64,000 nucleotides of DNA, from positions 1-64,000 of IMG/VR virus record IMGVR_UViG_3300028832_000109; one strand, 5' to 3'. The translations under genes were made by a program, and so were the position numbers. This DNA is from a virus. Taxonomy: Duplodnaviria; Caudoviricetes. Shown one piece after another: positions 1 through 10,199 of the stretch (position 1 is its first letter; each line of letters opens with the position of its first letter). Below the pieces are notes generated by a model. The model did not search any database, was not told the origin of the DNA, and saw only the letters and a list, made by a program, of their open reading frames with translations.

Positions 1-153
1 AATGCGAGCATCAATATAGCTAGCCGTTACCACCCAAGTACATTCACTATGCCCATATATGGCAAGCTGAATCTACTTGGCAGGCCACCGTCAACTGGCC
101 AATCGAGGGAACTACCGGGAAACCGGGGCTCCCTCAAGCCCACCGTTCTTTAG
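1..153 (+). CDS. tnpB: C-terminal end of TnpB (IS200/IS605 RNA-guided nuclease), truncated by the window edge
   Basis: Frame 1 reads NASINIASRYHPSTFTMPIYGKLNLLGRPPSTGQSRELPGNRGSLKPTVL-stop. NASINI matches the RuvC-III DxNAAxNI motif and is followed by a typical IS605 right-end hairpin. Not listed in the ORF track. Confidence 0.75.
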   Translation, partial: NASINIASRYHPSTFTMPIYGKLNLLGRPPSTGQSRELPGNRGSLKPTVL

Positions 154-169
154 ACGGTGGGTAGTTGAC
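1..169 (+). mobile_element. IS200/IS605-family element right end and omegaRNA scaffold
   Basis: AAGCCCACCGTTCTTTAGACGGTGGGTAGTTGAC (136-169) has stem CCCACCGT 139-146 / ACGGTGGG 154-161 followed by TAGTTGAC, the usual form of tnpB right ends. Confidence 0.75.
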
Positions 170-243
170 TTGCATTGGCAGCTTCAGTTAAGGTTGGGAA
201 AGAGCAATATCGAGCTCCTTACGCATTTCGCGTAGAACGTTCA

Positions 244-657
244 TCACAGTGACTCGAATACAAGAGTCTTGAAGATATCCCAGTTGGCGTCAAGCTGCTG
301 GTAGATGTCGATTTTCTTTTCAGTTTTGGTGTCGGGCCATCCAGTAACGATAACCTCGTATTCACATTTAGCCCAGAAGTAGTACATGCACTTGCGGCGA
401 AGCTCAATTTCAAGAAGCTCGTCGGGTGTATATTTCTTCTTGCGCTTCTTGTCATCCCATATTATCTTGTCGATAAGTTTCCGGTACTTTTCGTCGTCCT
501 TGCCATAGGCGGCATTCAGTTTCTTCTTTATCTTTTTGAGGGCATCAATAATCGATGTGAGTTGCCCGAATTCAAATATGTTCTTGAACTGGATATCATT
601 CCCGTATTCATTGTAGATTACGAGAAATAACGGTTTCTTTGCACGATTCTTTTTCAT
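244..657 (-). CDS. hypothetical phage protein
   Basis: 137-aa ORF with AGGAGGGAG RBS, co-oriented after DHFR. Contains KCEYEVIVTGWP...KIDIYQQL. Confidence 0.7.
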   Translation of the reverse strand: MKKNRAKKPLFLVIYNEYGNDIQFKNIFEFGQLTSIIDALKKIKKKLNAAYGKDDEKYRKLIDKIIWDDKKRKKKYTPDELLEIELRRKCMYYFWAKCEYEVIVTGWPDTKTEKKIDIYQQLDANWDIFKTLVFESL

Positions 658-671
658 GCTCCCTCCTGTCG

Positions 672-1310
672 CTAGACGTCATTTAACCGGTTAGACTCCA
701 TGTTCATCATAGTCATGGCGTACAACTCCCGAAAATCAGGAACATACGGCGGAAGAAAATTGGGCTCTAGCCCAGTTTTATCGAAATACGAGTCCTTTAC
801 GAACGTACAATACAGTGTATAGAAGTCGTCGTGGGATTCAGGGCCAACAACGGGAATTTCGTACCTGCGGGTTCCACTGTAATTACCGACCTGTTTCCAT
901 TCGGTAGTCCAGCATTCCCGCGGGAACGTGACTGTACCTTCGACCTTGGCGCACACGATTGTGAGGTACAGCTTATCGGCATACGGCATGGCCGCCCGGT
1001 ACACGCTGGCCCCGCCAATGACGAAAAGCTCGGTCTCGCCGGCACCCTCGGCAATCTTGATTGCTTCGTCGATGGAATTTACCGTAGTACACCCATCGAC
1101 CTTGTATTCCGTGTCGCGGGTAAGTATGAGGTTGGTTCGGTTCGGCAACGGCCGTCCGATATCCTCGTAGTTCACCCGTGACATCAGGATATGGCGTCCC
1201 GACGTAATCTGCTTGAACCTTTTCAGGTCCGAACCGATATGCCAAGGAAGGTGGCCGTTGTTCCCGATAACCAAATCGGGAGTCATTGCAACAATCATTG
1301 AGATAATCAT
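672..1310 (-). CDS. folA: dihydrofolate reductase
   Basis: IVAM...VIGNNGHLPWHIGSDLKRFKQIT, RPLPNRTNLILTR, FVIGGASVY. Start reassigned to the ATG at 1310, just after the thyA stop. Confidence 0.95.
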   Translation of the reverse strand: MIISMIVAMTPDLVIGNNGHLPWHIGSDLKRFKQITSGRHILMSRVNYEDIGRPLPNRTNLILTRDTEYKVDGCTTVNSIDEAIKIAEGAGETELFVIGGASVYRAAMPYADKLYLTIVCAKVEGTVTFPRECWTTEWKQVGNYSGTRRYEIPVVGPESHDDFYTLYCTFVKDSYFDKTGLEPNFLPPYVPDFRELYAMTMMNMESNRLNDV

Positions 1311-1314
1311 GATG

Positions 1315-2127
1315 CTATACCGCCACAGGGGCCTTGATTGCCGGCCACGGGTCATAGTTGACTAGTTCGAAGTCCTCGAACTTAAACCCGAAGATGTCCT
1401 TCACCTCGGGATTTACCTTCATTTCCGGGAGTGGCTTCGGCTCCCTGGAAAGCTGTTCGGCGGCCTGTTCGAAGTGGTTTTTGTACAGGTGCAAGTCCCC
1501 GAAGGTATGGACGAACTCTCCCGCCTCGTACCCGCATACCTGTGCAAGCATCATCGTCAGCAATGAATACGACGCGATGTTAAACGGGACCCCGAGAAAC
1601 ATGTCGGCACTACGCTGGTAAAGCTGGCAGCTGAGCTTCCGCTTCCCGGACTCTCCCACTCCGCCCACGTAGAACTGGAACAGGCAATGGCATGGCGGTA
1701 GCGCCATCTTCTCGACCTCGGCCACGTTCCACGCGCACACTAGGTGCCGACGCGAGTCCGGATTATTCTTGAGGCTGTCTACCAGCGTTGAAATCTGGTC
1801 GATGTGCCCGCCGTCCGGGGTTGGCCAACTGCGCCACTGGTGACCGTAGACCGGGCCGAGGTCTCCGTTCTCGTCGGCCCACTCGTCCCAGATGGTGACC
1901 TTGTTGTCGCGCAGGTACTTGACATTAGTATCGCCCATAAGGAACCAGAGCAACTCGTGGATGATTGAACGCAAATGGAGCTTCTTGGTCGTGAGGCAGG
2001 GGAACCCCTTGGAGAGGTCGAACCTGGCCTGCCTGCCGAATACGCTGCGCGTTCCGGTGCCTGTACGGTCGGAGCGGTCGACGCCGTTGCCGATAATGTC
2101 CATTAATAAGTCGAGATACTGTTTCAT
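1315..2127 (-). CDS. thyA: thymidylate synthase
   Basis: [52 protein letters not shown]. Confidence 0.98.
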   Translation of the reverse strand: MKQYLDLLMDIIGNGVDRSDRTGTGTRSVFGRQARFDLSKGFPCLTTKKLHLRSIIHELLWFLMGDTNVKYLRDNKVTIWDEWADENGDLGPVYGHQWRSWPTPDGGHIDQISTLVDSLKNNPDSRRHLVCAWNVAEVEKMALPPCHCLFQFYVGGVGESGKRKLSCQLYQRSADMFLGVPFNIASYSLLTMMLAQVCGYEAGEFVHTFGDLHLYKNHFEQAAEQLSREPKPLPEMKVNPEVKDIFGFKFEDFELVNYDPWPAIKAPVAV

Positions 2128-2165
2128 GATGGCCAATCCTTCTATTTCTAAGGCTCATTTTGGAC

Positions 2166-2176
2166 AAATATAGCAA
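2166..2176 (-). promoter_or_regulatory. TTGCTATATTT extended -10-like promoter (thyA-folA operon)
   Basis: One of six exact intergenic copies, each upstream of a co-oriented gene. TG-n-TATATT fits an extended -10. Confidence 0.65.
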
Positions 2177-2199
2177 AAATCCCGGAATGTTCCGGGATT
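2174..2199 (-). terminator. intrinsic terminator after the giant fibre gene
   Basis: Stem AATCCCGGAA/TTCCGGGATT with a T-run on the minus strand. Confidence 0.65.
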
Positions 2200-2218
2200 C
2201 TCGCCGTCATCGGTCCCA

Positions 2219-5200
2219 CTATATGGTCATGGAACCGTTGCTCTTACCACGCACGGGCATCACCTCGTAGGTGTCATCCGGATGCAAAATCATCCCGATT
2301 CCCGCGCAATAGTTAATCCAGTTCCTGTTATCGTGGCTGCTATCGCCGGAGAACGTAAAATACTTGTTCGAAGCGAGCACCGCGAGAGGCAGGGTGAAAA
2401 AGTCGTGGGTGTAGAATAAGTTCAGACGACCCGTAGACTTGTTCAGTATTTCCTTGCACACTCGCTCGTAATCGCTGGCAAGCTTCGCTTCCGCCTCGGC
2501 AGCGGAAGACACGCCGAAATTCTCGGACAGCTGCGTACTGGTCAACTGCGACGGGTCGACCGCATATTTCCTAATCAGGTCGCTATTCCCGGAAGATGCC
2601 GGTTGTTTGAAGAAGCGATACTGGTTAAGCATGTCTGCCACAACCGTGATTTCGCTGTAGTCGGACGCATCGAAGTCGGTGTCGTAGCGTGCGCTGGCAA
2701 AAGCTTGGGCCGAGTGCTTGCACCGCAGGTACTCGGTCGAATAGTAGGCCGCATTATTTGCCGGGAAGTTGTCGATGGTGTACGTGACGTTGCTGCTCGT
2801 CCAAGAAGCGTTGTTCCTCGCCTGCTCGCCCATGGTCGTGCAAGTCGTCACACCCGTCGAGTTGATGTCGCCATTCACGCTTGTGTCGTCGCCTCGTTCA
2901 GCGTGGCGAAGGACGAAAATCACCTTATCGGTAGCTGTCTTCGTCCCGGCCATCACGTAACGATACGAGTTCCAGCTGTTGAGAGGCCATGACGTGGAGA
3001 CCTGTACGAACCTATCGAGAGAATGTTCGTCCATAAAGTCGCTATACGCGGTGTCCTTGTCCGCATACGGCCATGCGTCATATGCCTTAATCATGTCCAT
3101 GTACAGCTCTCGGCGCGTGTCCGTAATGAACGCGGTGTTGCTCATGTTGTTGAGCGTCAGGTACGCGTTCATCGGGCTTCCGCTCATGAGGAGGTCGAAC
3201 AGCGTCGCCATGTCCTTGTCAAACCGGATGATGTCGTAGCCGTTGATGGAAGACAGCCAGAAGTCGCTACGTATGAGGTCGACAAGCTGCCCGCCGATTT
3301 TGCGGTTGTAGTCAACCGTTCCCGGCGTCTCGTCGATGCATGCAATGCGGTAGCGGTTGCTGTCGTATTCCGAGACGAAGCGAACCAGTGGCACGGAATC
3401 TCCCCGGTAGTCAGTAACCGTCTGGTTCGAGTAGTCGTTGATTATAGAATCAACGGAACTGGTGTCGCTCCAGAATTCCTTGTCGTTGTAAACGCAGGTA
3501 TTCCCTACGTATGCGACCCGGGACACCAGGTCTGGCTGCACGATGAGTCCGCTTGCCCCGGAAACCACACCGCCGTCCGGCGCGACAATCGCGCTGAGAG
3601 CGTGGGTGGACGGGTTAAGCGATATCGAATCGCTCCCTGTGACGTTGAATAGAGAGTCGAGCTTATCCTTGTCGGACGAGCTCAGTACGCCCGGTTGCGC
3701 CGGTACGGCCTCGGTCAGAACTTCATCGCTCTCGCCGAGCACGGCTGGCGTGGCGGATACCGCTGTCGGGATTGTAATCGTTGACGCGACGGCCTGGTCG
3801 GCAGTAAACGAGCCGACCGACCTGTTCGGGGATGCGGCAGTACCTGCCATGTCAATGGTGATGGTCGCGTTGTTAACGGTCACGTTCACCGCTTTGTTCG
3901 AGTCCGGCGTAAGCGCAGAACCGTTCAGCTTGACAGACTGGATTGCAGTACCTGCAGCCGTCAACACGGACTGTACACTCGACGTCAGGTCGGTGTCGGG
4001 AATACCACCGGATGGCTTCTGGTATGCACTGTCCGCCTTACCGAGAGAAGTTTGCACAGCAGACGTCAGGTCGGTGTCTGGGATACCGCCGGATGGCTTC
4101 TGGTAGGCAGTGTCTGCCTTTCCGATAGAAGTTTGAACGGCAGATGCCAGGTCAGTTGATGGGATGCCGCTGGCGGGCTTCTGGTACGCCGTCGAACCGG
4201 CTCCCGCACCCTCGCGGATATCCTGTAAGTCACTAATCGTGTCCTGCTTCCCGCTGATGTCCTGGTGGGAAGTGAGAACGACAGCGCTCAATCCGCTCTT
4301 AAGCTGGATGGTCGTCTTGTCGGCGTTGGTTCCCGTCCCGGCCGTGACCGACATCTCCGATTTATCCGCTTTCCCACTGATATCCTGGTGAGACGTAAGC
4401 ACAGTCGTGGACAATCCGGACTTCAACTGGATTGTTGTCGTTCCTGTCCCCGCGGTGATACTCATCTCCGACTTGTCGGCCTTTCCGGACACTGCGGTTG
4501 ACACTGTGTTCTCAGTAGCAACCTTGTTAGTCGACGCATTGTACGTCCCGTCGAAGGAAAGTGCATCCTGCTTGGAATTCCAGTTGTACATCTCTCCCGT
4601 AGTGACCAATGACACGTCCGTGCCGCCAGACGAGGCGGACAGGTGGGAATACGTCGTGTCAGACCCGGGAATGCCAAGGCCGGTGATGTCCGATTTTTCC
4701 ACCGCACTAGCCGCGGTCACGTGACCAAGCCCATCGACCGTTACCTTGTAGAGGCCCGACTCGTGCGCGGTATTCGATGGATGGGTATAGTTGTTGGCGT
4801 TAGCCGCTATGCCGGCCAGCTTCTCCTTGTCCTGACCGCTCATCAGGCCTTCGGTATACGTGGTCGAGCTTTCCCCGGTAACATATCCCGCGGACGGGAT
4901 TGCGACAGTCACATCGCTCGAGGCGTTGGCCGTGAACCCGGTGGCCGTCGCCGAACCGGAACCTAGCTGCAGAAGCAGCTTTCCATCATTTGCAGCCGAT
5001 GGAACGGTTATGTCGACTGCGCCGTTGGCATCCGGCGTAAGGGCGGCATTGTTTACCTTGACCCCCTGGATGGCAGAATCAGCCAATGCACCTTGCGCCG
5101 CAGTGGCGAAATCGGACGCTTTTTTGCCAGAATCTGCCAAGTTCCCGGACGAGTCGAGGGACGCAAGGTTACCTGTAGTAGCTCCCGAAACCTTGGTAGC

Positions 5201-8200
5201 CACCCCGTTGAGGTCGGAACTTTGCAAGGCAGTGTCGGCCTTGTCGAGAGACGTCTGCACTGCAGAAGACAGGTCAGTTGAAGGTATACCTCCGCTCGGC
5301 TTGCTGTACTTGGCACCCCATTCGTATTTCTCGCCGGTCGTGACGAGTGACACGGCGGTGCCACCCTCGGCGGCCTGCTTGCTCTCGTACGTCGTATCCG
5401 ACCCGGGAATCCCGAGCGCGGTTATGTCCGACTTCTGGACAGGAGCAACGGACGAAACGTGGCCGGTGTCATTGACCGTCACTTTGTACAGTCCGGATTC
5501 CCTTTCGGTATAGCTCGGATGGGTATAGTTGTTCGCCCCAGCCTCTATTCCGTCAAGCTTCTCCTTGTCGGAGCCGCTCATGAGACCATCAGTGTTAGTC
5601 ACGGTCTCGCCGCTTGTGACGTGGGTCGCCAGCGGAATTTCGATGGTCTGGTCGGTCGATGCGTTCGCAGTAAATCCGGTATCGGTCGCCGAACCGCTAC
5701 CGAGCTTTAGCTTCAGCTTGGCGTCGTTAGCCGCGGCAGGGACGGTAATACTCACTACCTTATTCGAATCCGGCGTGAGAGCCGAACCGTTAACAGAAAC
5801 TCCCTGTATGGCGCTGTCGGCTTTTCCGCCCTGTGCCGAAGTGGCAAAGTCGGCAGCCTTGCTACCAGAGTCAGTCAAGTTTCCATTGGAATCCAAACCG
5901 GCGAAATTGCCCGAGGTTGCGCTCGAAACTTTGTCGGCCTTCCCGGAAATGTCCTGATGCTGCTGCAACGCGCTGTTGGCGAGCGAGAGTGACGTGTTCA
6001 CTTCTGAGCTGAGGTCCGTGGACGGTATGCCATTTGCCGGCAGCTGGTACGCTGTGGCGCCTGCCTCCGCACCGCTACGGATAGTGGAGAGGTCAGATAT
6101 CGTCTCCTGTATGCCAAGTGCAGTAATGTCGGACTTCGCTACCGCTGTCGCCGCGCTCACATGTCCTTCCGAATCGACAGTAAACTTGTAGAGTCCCGAT
6201 GCGTGCGCCGTATGCGACGGGTGGGTGTAATTGTTGGCCCCGCTCTCGATGCCGTCAAGCTTCTGCATGTCGTTTGCGGGGATGAGACCCTCCGCGTACG
6301 CGGTAATGCCGTTATTGGTAGTCTTGGCTACCGGTATGGTAATGCTTTCGTCGGTGGACTGGTTGGCCCCAAACGTCTTCGCCGCGGACGAACCAACCGT
6401 AATGGTGAGTGTTCCGTTGTTGGCCGACGTTATCGTGCCCTTGGTCACCGTGACCGCACCGTTCTGGCTAACCGAAATCTCGATGACAGCGTTTCCGCTC
6501 CCGGATTCGGTAATTGCCCCGTGCCAGTATCCGGACAAGTCCATCGACACGTCGCCAATAAGTTCCCAGTCCACCGTACGGGTGTCCTCGCCGGTAACAT
6601 CATCAGTGTCCTCGGTGATTACGGCAATCCAGGACTTGTACTTGTCATCACCTGGCGCGGTGCTGACCTTCGTCAGGTAGATGAACTTGTCGCTAGCCTC
6701 CGCATCAGGGACATCCGGGTGGGGGTCGGCCCCGGTAGTAAGTGACACTACCTTAAAACCGCCGTAGTTGGACAGTACAGCCGCGATGGCAGCATCTGTC
6801 TCCGCCTTGGTGTAAGTCGTGGCCGCGTTAGCCTTGAGGTCCAATGATTCCTTGACGAGCTTCTCGGACGGATAGTTGGTATCTGTCACCGTAGAAGACC
6901 ATGAACTGACCTTGTTGTTCTTGTTTTCGGTATTGTCAGTAGTTACACTTACCGACGTCACCTTTCCGTTAGTCTCGGTAACCTTCAGCTGGACGTTAGT
7001 CCCGTCGGAAGACGAGACTTCCGCATCAAGGGCATTTATGGCTCCGGTAACAGTGGACTCGGTGGCCGCCTTGTTGCTCGACGCGTTGTATACTCCGTCA
7101 AATGTCAGAGCATCCTGCTTTGCGCTCCATGTGCTTTTGTCGGATGCAGTTACATGGATGTCGCTGTCTGCTATATGCGTGTTGTAATCCGAAAGCGCCG
7201 CGGGCTGTACCGCGGTAGCACCAGCTGCCGCGCCTTCCCGGATTGCTGAGAGGTCGGATATCGCATCCTGCTTGGAGTTCCAGGTGTACTTCTCGCCCGT
7301 GGTGACAAGAGACACCTCCGCCCCACCAGACGCGGCGCTCTTGCTTTCATAGGTCGTATCGTTGTCGTCGGCCCATTCAACGCCGGTACCTCCCGAGTTG
7401 ACTTTGAGGACTTTCCCGGAATTTCCCGTCGTCGAAGGCAGGTCGCTCCCGGATGGCTCCACCCACCCGATAGTTCCGCTGGAGTCCGTTACCCCGAGAA
7501 CCTTTCCGCTGTCGGACGATTGCGCGGCGGGAACCTGCCGCACGCCGGATATGGCGCTGGCTACGGCAACACCCGACTGCGCGTTAGCGGACGAAGAATT
7601 GTATGACTGGTCGACTGTAGGGATAGTCGGTGTACCCGACAGGTCAGAGTACGCTCCGGTAGTGGCAACCGTAGCCAGATTTGGACGGTTCAGAATCTGA
7701 GTTATTCCGCTTGTCGCGTTCCAGTCGGCATTCTGCTGTGCAGCGGGGACCGTCACGTTCACTTCCCCGTTAGAATCCGGGGTGAGCGCGACGTTGTTCA
7801 CCTTGACTCCCTGGATGGAGTTGTCCGCCTTATTGAGAGAATCGTTTACCGCTTGCGCCAGGTCGGTTCCGGGGATTCCTCCGGACGGCTTGTCGTACTT
7901 CTGACCCCAGGCATACTTTTCCCCCGTAGTCACGAGGGATACCGCCGTGCCGCCTTCCGCTGCGGATTCGCTGCTGTAAGTGGTGTCGGTAGCCGAAATC
8001 GTACCGTCCGATGCGATGGATATGTTCGACCCCGGCGTAAGTTTTTGCTGTACGACATTCGGGTCGACGCTGATTGTGGTACCGCTTATCAGGATTCCGG
8101 TCCCGGGCGTATAGTCCGTGCCTCCTCCGCCACCGCCACCGACCGCAGAAATCGTGTTGCCGACGATTGTTATGTTCGCGCCGGGAATAAGCTTGGGCTG

Positions 8201-9757
8201 CATGTCAGACATCGCAGAACCCGAATCGCTTATCCCGCCGTCGCTGGACATAACGAGGATATTGCCAGCCGTCCCTCCGGAAATCTTGTCGACCTTTCCG
8301 GTAATGTCCTGGGACTGCAATGCACTGTCGGCCTTGCCCAGTGATGTCTGCACTGAAGAATCCAGGTCGGTCTTCGGTATTCCGGTCCCGGGCTTCTGGT
8401 ACGCCGTACCGGCCTTCCCTAGCGCAGTTTGCACAGTGGAAGACATGTCGGTATCCGGAATTCCCGTACTTGGCTTCTGGTATGCGGAATCGGCCAGCGA
8501 GCCCTGTGCGGCCGTAGCAAAGTCCCCCGATTTTTTCCCCGAGTCTGCAATGTTCCCGTTAGAATCAAAAACGGCAAAGTTCCCTTCCGTGGCGGATACG
8601 ACTTTGTCTACCTTTCCGCTGATGTCCTGATGGGCCGTCAGCACGGTAGCCGACAATCCGGTCTGCAACTGTATGGTTGTGTTGCCGGTCCCGGGAGTGA
8701 TGGACATCTCGCTCTTGTCCGCTTTCCCCGATATGTCCTGCTGCTGCAGCGCGGTATCGGCCTTGCCGAGGGACGTCTGCACGTCGTTTGCCAGGTCGCC
8801 CTTGGGGATTCCGGTGCCCGGCTTCTGGTATGCCGTCTCGCCCTTTCCGGCTCCCGAGCGTATGGATTCCAGGTCGCTGATTGTATCCTGCTTGCCACTT
8901 ATGTCCTGATGAGTCCTCAGAACAGTGGCCGTCATGCCGGTCTTCAACTGGATGGTCGTCTTGTCCGAGTCGGCCCCGGTACCCTGGGTGACGGCCATCT
9001 CGGACTTATCCGCCTTCCCGGATATGTCCTGCTGCTGCAATGCGGTGTCCGCCTTGGAAAGCGATGCCTGCACCGATTCGCTCAGGTCAGAATCCGGTAT
9101 TCCGCTCTGTGGCTTCTGGTACGCGGAATCGGCCTTCCGGAGATACGTCTGCACCGTCTCGGACATGTCAGAAGACGGGATTCCCCCGGAAGGTTTCTGA
9201 TACGCGCTCGCACCGGCCGTCGCACCGGAACGTATGCTGTCCAGGTCGCCGATAGTATCCTGCTTTCCGCTGATGTCCTGATGTTCCTTCAGCACCTTAG
9301 CCGAGAGGCCCGCCTTCAACTGCACGGTAACTTTATCGGAATCCGTCCCGGTTCCCGGAGTCACGCTCATCTCGGACTTGTCCGCTTTCCCGGAAATATC
9401 CTGGTGTTGCTGCAGGGCGCTGTCCGCCTTACCAAGAGAGGCCTGGACCGCGTCGGACATGTCCGAAGACGGAATGCCCGCGGATGGTTTCTGGTACGCG
9501 GTGGAGCCCTTCGTAGCGCCCTGGATTACATCCGGCTTTACGCTAATCACGCTGCCGGTAATGTCGATTCCGTTACCCGGTGTATAATCGGTACCGCCCC
9601 CGCCACCCCCGCCAGCAATCGTCTTGCCGCCGATGGAAACAATCCTGTCGTTGCTGATGCCCAGTTCAAGCGAATTTCCGTTCTTGTCCTTCTCGGCATG
9701 CCGAGCATACTTGGCTAAAAATTCCTTTCCGTTGAGCGACTTAATCAATTTGGTCAT
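2219..9757 (-). CDS. giant repeat-rich tail-fibre-like protein with a C-terminal histidine phosphatase domain
   Basis: 2512 aa. Many repeats: AYQKPxxGIPxxDLxxxVQTSLGKAD, HQDISGKADK, DKEKLDGIEAGANNYTHP, VSLVTTGEKY. C-terminus has VLRHAERG, STEYLRCKHSA and YTHD. Confidence 0.8.
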   Translation of the reverse strand: MTKLIKSLNGKEFLAKYARHAEKDKNGNSLELGISNDRIVSIGGKTIAGGGGGGGTDYTPGNGIDITGSVISVKPDVIQGATKGSTAYQKPSAGIPSSDMSDAVQASLGKADSALQQHQDISGKADKSEMSVTPGTGTDSDKVTVQLKAGLSAKVLKEHQDISGKQDTIGDLDSIRSGATAGASAYQKPSGGIPSSDMSETVQTYLRKADSAYQKPQSGIPDSDLSESVQASLSKADTALQQQDISGKADKSEMAVTQGTGADSDKTTIQLKTGMTATVLRTHQDISGKQDTISDLESIRSGAGKGETAYQKPGTGIPKGDLANDVQTSLGKADTALQQQDISGKADKSEMSITPGTGNTTIQLQTGLSATVLTAHQDISGKVDKVVSATEGNFAVFDSNGNIADSGKKSGDFATAAQGSLADSAYQKPSTGIPDTDMSSTVQTALGKAGTAYQKPGTGIPKTDLDSSVQTSLGKADSALQSQDITGKVDKISGGTAGNILVMSSDGGISDSGSAMSDMQPKLIPGANITIVGNTISAVGGGGGGGTDYTPGTGILISGTTISVDPNVVQQKLTPGSNISIASDGTISATDTTYSSESAAEGGTAVSLVTTGEKYAWGQKYDKPSGGIPGTDLAQAVNDSLNKADNSIQGVKVNNVALTPDSNGEVNVTVPAAQQNADWNATSGITQILNRPNLATVATTGAYSDLSGTPTIPTVDQSYNSSSANAQSGVAVASAISGVRQVPAAQSSDSGKVLGVTDSSGTIGWVEPSGSDLPSTTGNSGKVLKVNSGGTGVEWADDNDTTYESKSAASGGAEVSLVTTGEKYTWNSKQDAISDLSAIREGAAAGATAVQPAALSDYNTHIADSDIHVTASDKSTWSAKQDALTFDGVYNASSNKAATESTVTGAINALDAEVSSSDGTNVQLKVTETNGKVTSVSVTTDNTENKNNKVSSWSSTVTDTNYPSEKLVKESLDLKANAATTYTKAETDAAIAAVLSNYGGFKVVSLTTGADPHPDVPDAEASDKFIYLTKVSTAPGDDKYKSWIAVITEDTDDVTGEDTRTVDWELIGDVSMDLSGYWHGAITESGSGNAVIEISVSQNGAVTVTKGTITSANNGTLTITVGSSAAKTFGANQSTDESITIPVAKTTNNGITAYAEGLIPANDMQKLDGIESGANNYTHPSHTAHASGLYKFTVDSEGHVSAATAVAKSDITALGIQETISDLSTIRSGAEAGATAYQLPANGIPSTDLSSEVNTSLSLANSALQQHQDISGKADKVSSATSGNFAGLDSNGNLTDSGSKAADFATSAQGGKADSAIQGVSVNGSALTPDSNKVVSITVPAAANDAKLKLKLGSGSATDTGFTANASTDQTIEIPLATHVTSGETVTNTDGLMSGSDKEKLDGIEAGANNYTHPSYTERESGLYKVTVNDTGHVSSVAPVQKSDITALGIPGSDTTYESKQAAEGGTAVSLVTTGEKYEWGAKYSKPSGGIPSTDLSSAVQTSLDKADTALQSSDLNGVATKVSGATTGNLASLDSSGNLADSGKKASDFATAAQGALADSAIQGVKVNNAALTPDANGAVDITVPSAANDGKLLLQLGSGSATATGFTANASSDVTVAIPSAGYVTGESSTTYTEGLMSGQDKEKLAGIAANANNYTHPSNTAHESGLYKVTVDGLGHVTAASAVEKSDITGLGIPGSDTTYSHLSASSGGTDVSLVTTGEMYNWNSKQDALSFDGTYNASTNKVATENTVSTAVSGKADKSEMSITAGTGTTTIQLKSGLSTTVLTSHQDISGKADKSEMSVTAGTGTNADKTTIQLKSGLSAVVLTSHQDISGKQDTISDLQDIREGAGAGSTAYQKPASGIPSTDLASAVQTSIGKADTAYQKPSGGIPDTDLTSAVQTSLGKADSAYQKPSGGIPDTDLTSSVQSVLTAAGTAIQSVKLNGSALTPDSNKAVNVTVNNATITIDMAGTAASPNRSVGSFTADQAVASTITIPTAVSATPAVLGESDEVLTEAVPAQPGVLSSSDKDKLDSLFNVTGSDSISLNPSTHALSAIVAPDGGVVSGASGLIVQPDLVSRVAYVGNTCVYNDKEFWSDTSSVDSIINDYSNQTVTDYRGDSVPLVRFVSEYDSNRYRIACIDETPGTVDYNRKIGGQLVDLIRSDFWLSSINGYDIIRFDKDMATLFDLLMSGSPMNAYLTLNNMSNTAFITDTRRELYMDMIKAYDAWPYADKDTAYSDFMDEHSLDRFVQVSTSWPLNSWNSYRYVMAGTKTATDKVIFVLRHAERGDDTSVNGDINSTGVTTCTTMGEQARNNASWTSSNVTYTIDNFPANNAAYYSTEYLRCKHSAQAFASARYDTDFDASDYSEITVVADMLNQYRFFKQPASSGNSDLIRKYAVDPSQLTSTQLSENFGVSSAAEAEAKLASDYERVCKEILNKSTGRLNLFYTHDFFTLPLAVLASNKYFTFSGDSSHDNRNWINYCAGIGMILHPDDTYEVMPVRGKSNGSMTI
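3940..9500 (-). repeat. dispersed modular coding repeats within the fibre gene
   Basis: About 10 AYQKP/YxKP-GIP units, about 8 QDISGK units, 3 YTHP...GLYK...GHV units, 4 VSLVTTGE units. Confidence 0.9.
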
Positions 9758-9784
9758 CTGGATACTCGGGTTGACGTTTTCCGT

Positions 9785-9822
9785 AGTTTATGGGCGAGTA
9801 TTGATGGCTCCAGGGATAAACT
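9785..9822. promoter_or_regulatory. divergent pair of ATAAACT late-promoter-like motifs
   Basis: AGTTTAT 9785-9791 (minus, about 28 nt before the fibre ATG) and ATAAACT 9816-9822 (plus, 29 nt before ATG 9852). Confidence 0.65.
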
Positions 9823-9851
9823 CCATATTGTCACAAATCGAGGGGTGCAAG

Positions 9852-10199
9852 ATGGGAAGCAAGAAGATGTTCGGGCCACCGCGCCATCCGGGCGTTCCGT
9901 GCGGATACCCGCCGGTTCCGATGTCTATACCTACGCTGCCGGAATTCCCCCCGACGCGCGGGCCAATCAAGATTGTAGAGTGCCGCGAGTCACCCGACGG
10001 CCAGTTCGACCTTGTTCGGTTCAAGCATGGGCCGCGCGGCATGATACCTCACGGATACCTATTCGACGGATTCGGCGTCAAGGGTAACGGCCCTCGCCTC
10101 CTCGACACGCACGACATACGCGGGGACATCTCGAATTCCGAGGGGATGGACGCCCCGAACATCTGGTTCAACAACTCGGACTGCGGGCAGAACTTCTAA
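9852..10199 (+). CDS. proline-rich hypothetical protein
   Basis: Start reassigned to MGSKKM (GAGGGG RBS). Its stop overlaps the next ATG. Confidence 0.6.
   Translation: MGSKKMFGPPRHPGVPCGYPPVPMSIPTLPEFPPTRGPIKIVECRESPDGQFDLVRFKHGPRGMIPHGYLFDGFGVKGNGPRLLDTHDIRGDISNSEGMDAPNIWFNNSDCGQNF

Noticed and set aside
188-244. 18-codon ORF MNVLREMRKELDIALSQP coupled to the 244-657 gene
   Set aside because: Too short to support. It may be a remnant near the IS insertion.
3940-9500. DGR template/variable repeats in the fibre gene
   Set aside because: The repeats are in-frame protein modules, I saw no adenine-specific mismatch pattern, and there is no reverse transcriptase in the window.
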